From the NCBI GenBank assembly GCA_002269645.1, contig NIVC01000166.1:636486-700485 (forward strand): a stretch of 64,000 nt of DNA. Direction: 5' to 3'. How positions within the stretch are numbered: position 1 is the stretch's first letter; each line of letters starts with the position of its first letter. Shown here one piece after another: positions 60,545-64,000 of the stretch. Made by a program: the position numbers and the translations under genes. The DNA is from Macrostomum lignano (lineage: Eukaryota). The notes beneath the pieces were generated by a model. It ran no database searches. It worked only from the letters and a program-made list of their open reading frames with translations, and was not told the origin of the DNA.

Positions 60545-60694
60545 GACCATAGACTATTTCAGATGAGCAATCCAGTGTATTCCTTCATCCATGTTTCTCG
60601 GCCTGGGTACCGTTTTCAGCGGGCTAATTGGGCCTGGCCATAGACTACAGAAACTAATGTATCCACCACTTGCCCCGGTCGAACGTCTATGGTC
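60545..60694. mobile_element. Small MITE-like element with a 10-bp TIR GACCATAGAC
   Basis: GACCATAGAC...GTCTATGGTC with TTC on both flanks; further CCATAGAC ends at 60349 and 60638. Confidence 0.45.
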
Positions 60695-62459
60695 TTCAGT
60701 GTAAATTTCATTTATTTGCATCGGTGCAAATAATCGGTTTATTTCTCTGTGCAGCCTCGGTCAATAAACAAGTCACTCAAGCATTTATTGCCCTAGCACT
60801 GGTATAAATGGCGAATATATACCATTTATTCCCCAATAAATACACAGTGCATAGCTCAGCGAAACAATAGGATTCAACTTGACTGACAAATTCGATAGCA
60901 GCTCTGCATCGGTGCTGCTTAATAACTGACTTTATTTGACTGTCATCTGGGCCTGGTCTCACTGGGCAGCCAATTGTATTAGGAGAAAATTTTGTACATA
61001 GTTTAGTATATTCTTTATCCTTGCTATAGATATGCCTGAGTTTTTAGCGCCTAAGTTATAATTGCTTTTGTCATGCTAAAATTATTGTTATAAGTAGTTA
61101 TTATGAAATATTATTTCATAGTGCCTCGAATTTTTTATTGTTTCTTTAATTATGATTTATTTAGACATTTGCCTACTTAAAGTAGCGTGTTGTGTACTTG
61201 TTTGTTTGTTTGAAGTTTAACAGACTTTAAGCAAGTTGATGACTCAAGTTAATTCATTACTCAAGTTAAGCGTGATCTTTCGCACTGTATTGTATAATTA
61301 GGAGTAATACTGATTACGTAACCATATTAATTGCTTAACAAAGTTTCTCAGATATTAGTGCTTTGGTGTGTAGATGTATCTTTTGCAGTTTTTTAATACC
61401 TTTGATAACTCATTTAATGATGGCAAGTCACTTTTAGCGCACATGTGCTTATATAAATTACTTTACTAATTATGAAATCAAGCTGTGCTTACATCCGGAC
61501 TACATAATACTCAGCCTTACAGAGCCACATCTTTATGATGTAAATATTAATAATAATTAATAATTAACGACTAAAAGGCAGTATTTTTTGCATCTGTTGA
61601 AATAGTTTTTTGGCTTTAACTACATATGCTATATACTAATTATAATATTATATATGATGCTATTTTTCTCTGTTCCATCTCTGCTTGCGCTGTTAAAGAG
61701 ATTATCGACTTCCTTGCCACAGTTGCCCTACCGATTAGTCCATGCCTCTTAAAAAAATCATCACTTATAGCTGTTATGATAACACTGAAAATATTGTTTG
61801 CATACATTTTTGGCGATTCTCTCTGCTCTCTCCTTGCTTTCTTACACGACGAGTTTTTGACTATATTAAATAAATTTTAGGAAACATTTTTTTTCACAAA
61901 GGCAAAAAACAGAAATTGTCATAAATAATTTTTGCGTCATCAGGAGTTGTTTGTTATTGAGTTTACCTATGTATACTGTATATTTATCAATATTAGTGCA
62001 TTTGAGTGTTGTCAAAAGCTATGTAAAAATATACAATCTCAAGGCCACCCAATCTTTAAAGGTTTCGTGAACGTGCATTCTTGTACAAGTAAGTCAGCTA
62101 ATTTAAGATTTTAAGCAGTACATGACTTGGTTAAGCTGTGTGCTAATGGAATTTGCTGGGGGTTTGGCACTAAGTTTATTAGATGACAATCTGATAAATT
62201 AACAGGTGACAAAATTAGAAAATTATCGAGATCCCTTATAAAGAATAAGTACCTTAGGTATGTAGGACGGCTTTGCTACATGTCCGTTTATACATTTACG
62301 CAGAGAATGAGAGTTTTGGCCACAGACAGCGCTTCGACGACAGCGCGGCTTCAGGAGCGAGAAGTACTCGTACATTATTCCCATAGACATTGGACTCTGG
62401 GTCAAATTAGGGGGTTTGAATTCGACTTTAATGTTTCTGACCTTAGTGGTAATCTGTAG

Positions 62460-63534
62460 CTACACCTTTTCACGTTCAATTTTTATCAAAGTCCAGTTCT
62501 AAAAAAACGCGAAAATTCAATTCAGACTGGGGCAACGCTTACGGGAAATCAATAAAAACAAACCCCAGTTCAAAATATTCGGCCACCGAAGCAAGGTTTA
62601 GCCATAGGCAAAATTGTCCCCAGTCTGAATTGAATTTCCGCTAATTTTTTTAGAACTGGACTTTGATCAAAATTGAACCAAGGACTACTCAAGTAACATA
62701 TATATAGGACGCAACACTCAAAATCTGTGGTAAATGTTTTGAAGGCAACTTTTCGCCGAAAAACGCACCACAGAGATAGGAGGTTTTAATTTTTTTAGCA
62801 CAAACATTGTTATTGCTTTTGATAAGAGACAGATCCAGTGTTCATCTTTTGATATGTTGTGCCTTTCTTATTGCTCTATCGATATTCATAAAGCTTTTCG
62901 TTCGGAAATAGTTTTAAAGGCAGGTTTCACCGGAAAAACACACTACGGAGATGGGAAATTTCACGATTTTCAACACTAAAACAGTGATTGGGTCTCTCAA
63001 CAGTTTCAGAGAAAGTCTTTTTGTGCCTCACATGCTGCTCTAACGACGCATCAATCGATTTTTCATGTTAAATTGTTCTTGTCATTGTTTTAAAAGTTTT
63101 TTCAAGTGACAGACCAATTTAACATGAAAAATCGATTAATGCGTCATTAGAGCAGCATGTGAGGCACAAATAGTGTGATTAGGACTTTCTCTGACACTGT
63201 TAAGAGACCCAATCACTGTTCTAGTGTTGAAAATCGTGGAATTTCCTATCTCCATAGTGTATTTTTCCGATGAAACCTGCCTTTAAAACTATTTATAAAC
63301 GAAAAGCTTTATAATATCGATAAAGCAATGAGAAAGGCACAGCATATCAAAAGATGAACACCGGATCTGCCTCCTATCAAAAGCAATAACAATTTTTGTG
63401 CTGAAAAAATGAAAACCTCCTATCTCAGTGGTGCATTTTTCGGCGAAAAGTTGCCTTCAAAACATTTACCACAGATTTCGAATGTTGCGTCCTTCTACTT
63501 AAGTTGTCCTTGAATTGAACGTGAAAAGGTGTAG
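62460..63534. mobile_element. Foldback-type element: 22-bp outer TIR plus two internal palindromes
   Basis: CTACACCTTTTCACGTTCAATT...AATTGAACGTGAAAAGGTGTAG; palindrome A at 62475-62678; palindrome B with arms 62679-63075 and 63115-63512. Confidence 0.9.
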
Positions 63535-63628
63535 TAATGCGCTGTTACAAGCGTATATCCAACACTCTGGGACAGGCGATTAAAGGCAGTCAAGAGCTTT
63601 TACGCTAATTATAAATCATCCAAATTTT

Positions 63629-63880
63629 GGGTCGGCAAGCTCCGACATGCGGCCCGCAAAGCCGATCTCAATCCGGCCCTCGGGTCCTATGAAACTTCAC
63701 CATGGCAATCCGACCTGCTCAATGTTTGTGTCTCTTCTCAGCTCTCTTCTCTTCTCTCTGTTCTCCCCATTCTCTCTATCCCCTCTCTCCTCTCACCCAT
63801 TTTCTCTACTCTCGCCTCTCCTCTCTCTTATCTCGCATCTTCTATTTTCTCGCCTTAATTTCTCATGTCGCCCGCAGCCA
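63629..63880. mobile_element. Third copy of the GA-rich hAT-like MITE (inverted)
   Basis: GGGTCGGCAAGC...GCGGCCCGCAAAGCC...; its reverse complement matches the core of 40440-40574. Confidence 0.7.
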
Positions 63881-64000
63881 TGAGCTGAATTTTTTATCTG
63901 TCCCTTCAGGTAAAGAAGTTTTCCGAACCCTGATTCAAATTGTATCTTAAATGAAGGCTAGATGGAATAGAAATGGCTGCCTATGTACTCGTAGCTACAG

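Overview
Animal genomic DNA with spliceosomal introns, very repeat-rich. GC-rich polyQ-laden exons and minisatellite-filled introns suggest a free-living flatworm such as Macrostomum (inference, not verified). No rRNA, CRISPR array or prokaryotic operon is visible. Gene models were built by hand from GT-AG sites and reading-frame phase. Genes found: a 5'-truncated mucin-like type I membrane protein; a cluster of secreted PAN-like + fibrinogen-domain genes (one intact, one frameshifted, one inverted pseudogene); a 10-exon synapsin with a 5-exon TIMP nested antisense in its intron 5; an orphan 2-TM protein; a calmodulin-like protein with a broken EF-hand 2; a divergent Lbx homeobox gene; and a 9-exon DIP2 in which each of the 8 introns carries a different tandem repeat. 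Mobile DNA: two inverted ~2-kb solo-LTR-like elements with 4-bp TSDs, three tRNA-Val-derived SINEs, hAT-type MITEs, a LINE 3' remnant and a 1.07-kb nested foldback element. The strongest leads are the synapsin/TIMP nest with a TIMP predicted to carry residues before Cys1, the per-intron minisatellites of DIP2, and the PAN-like+FBG cluster. None is shown to be a new system; each needs the checks listed.
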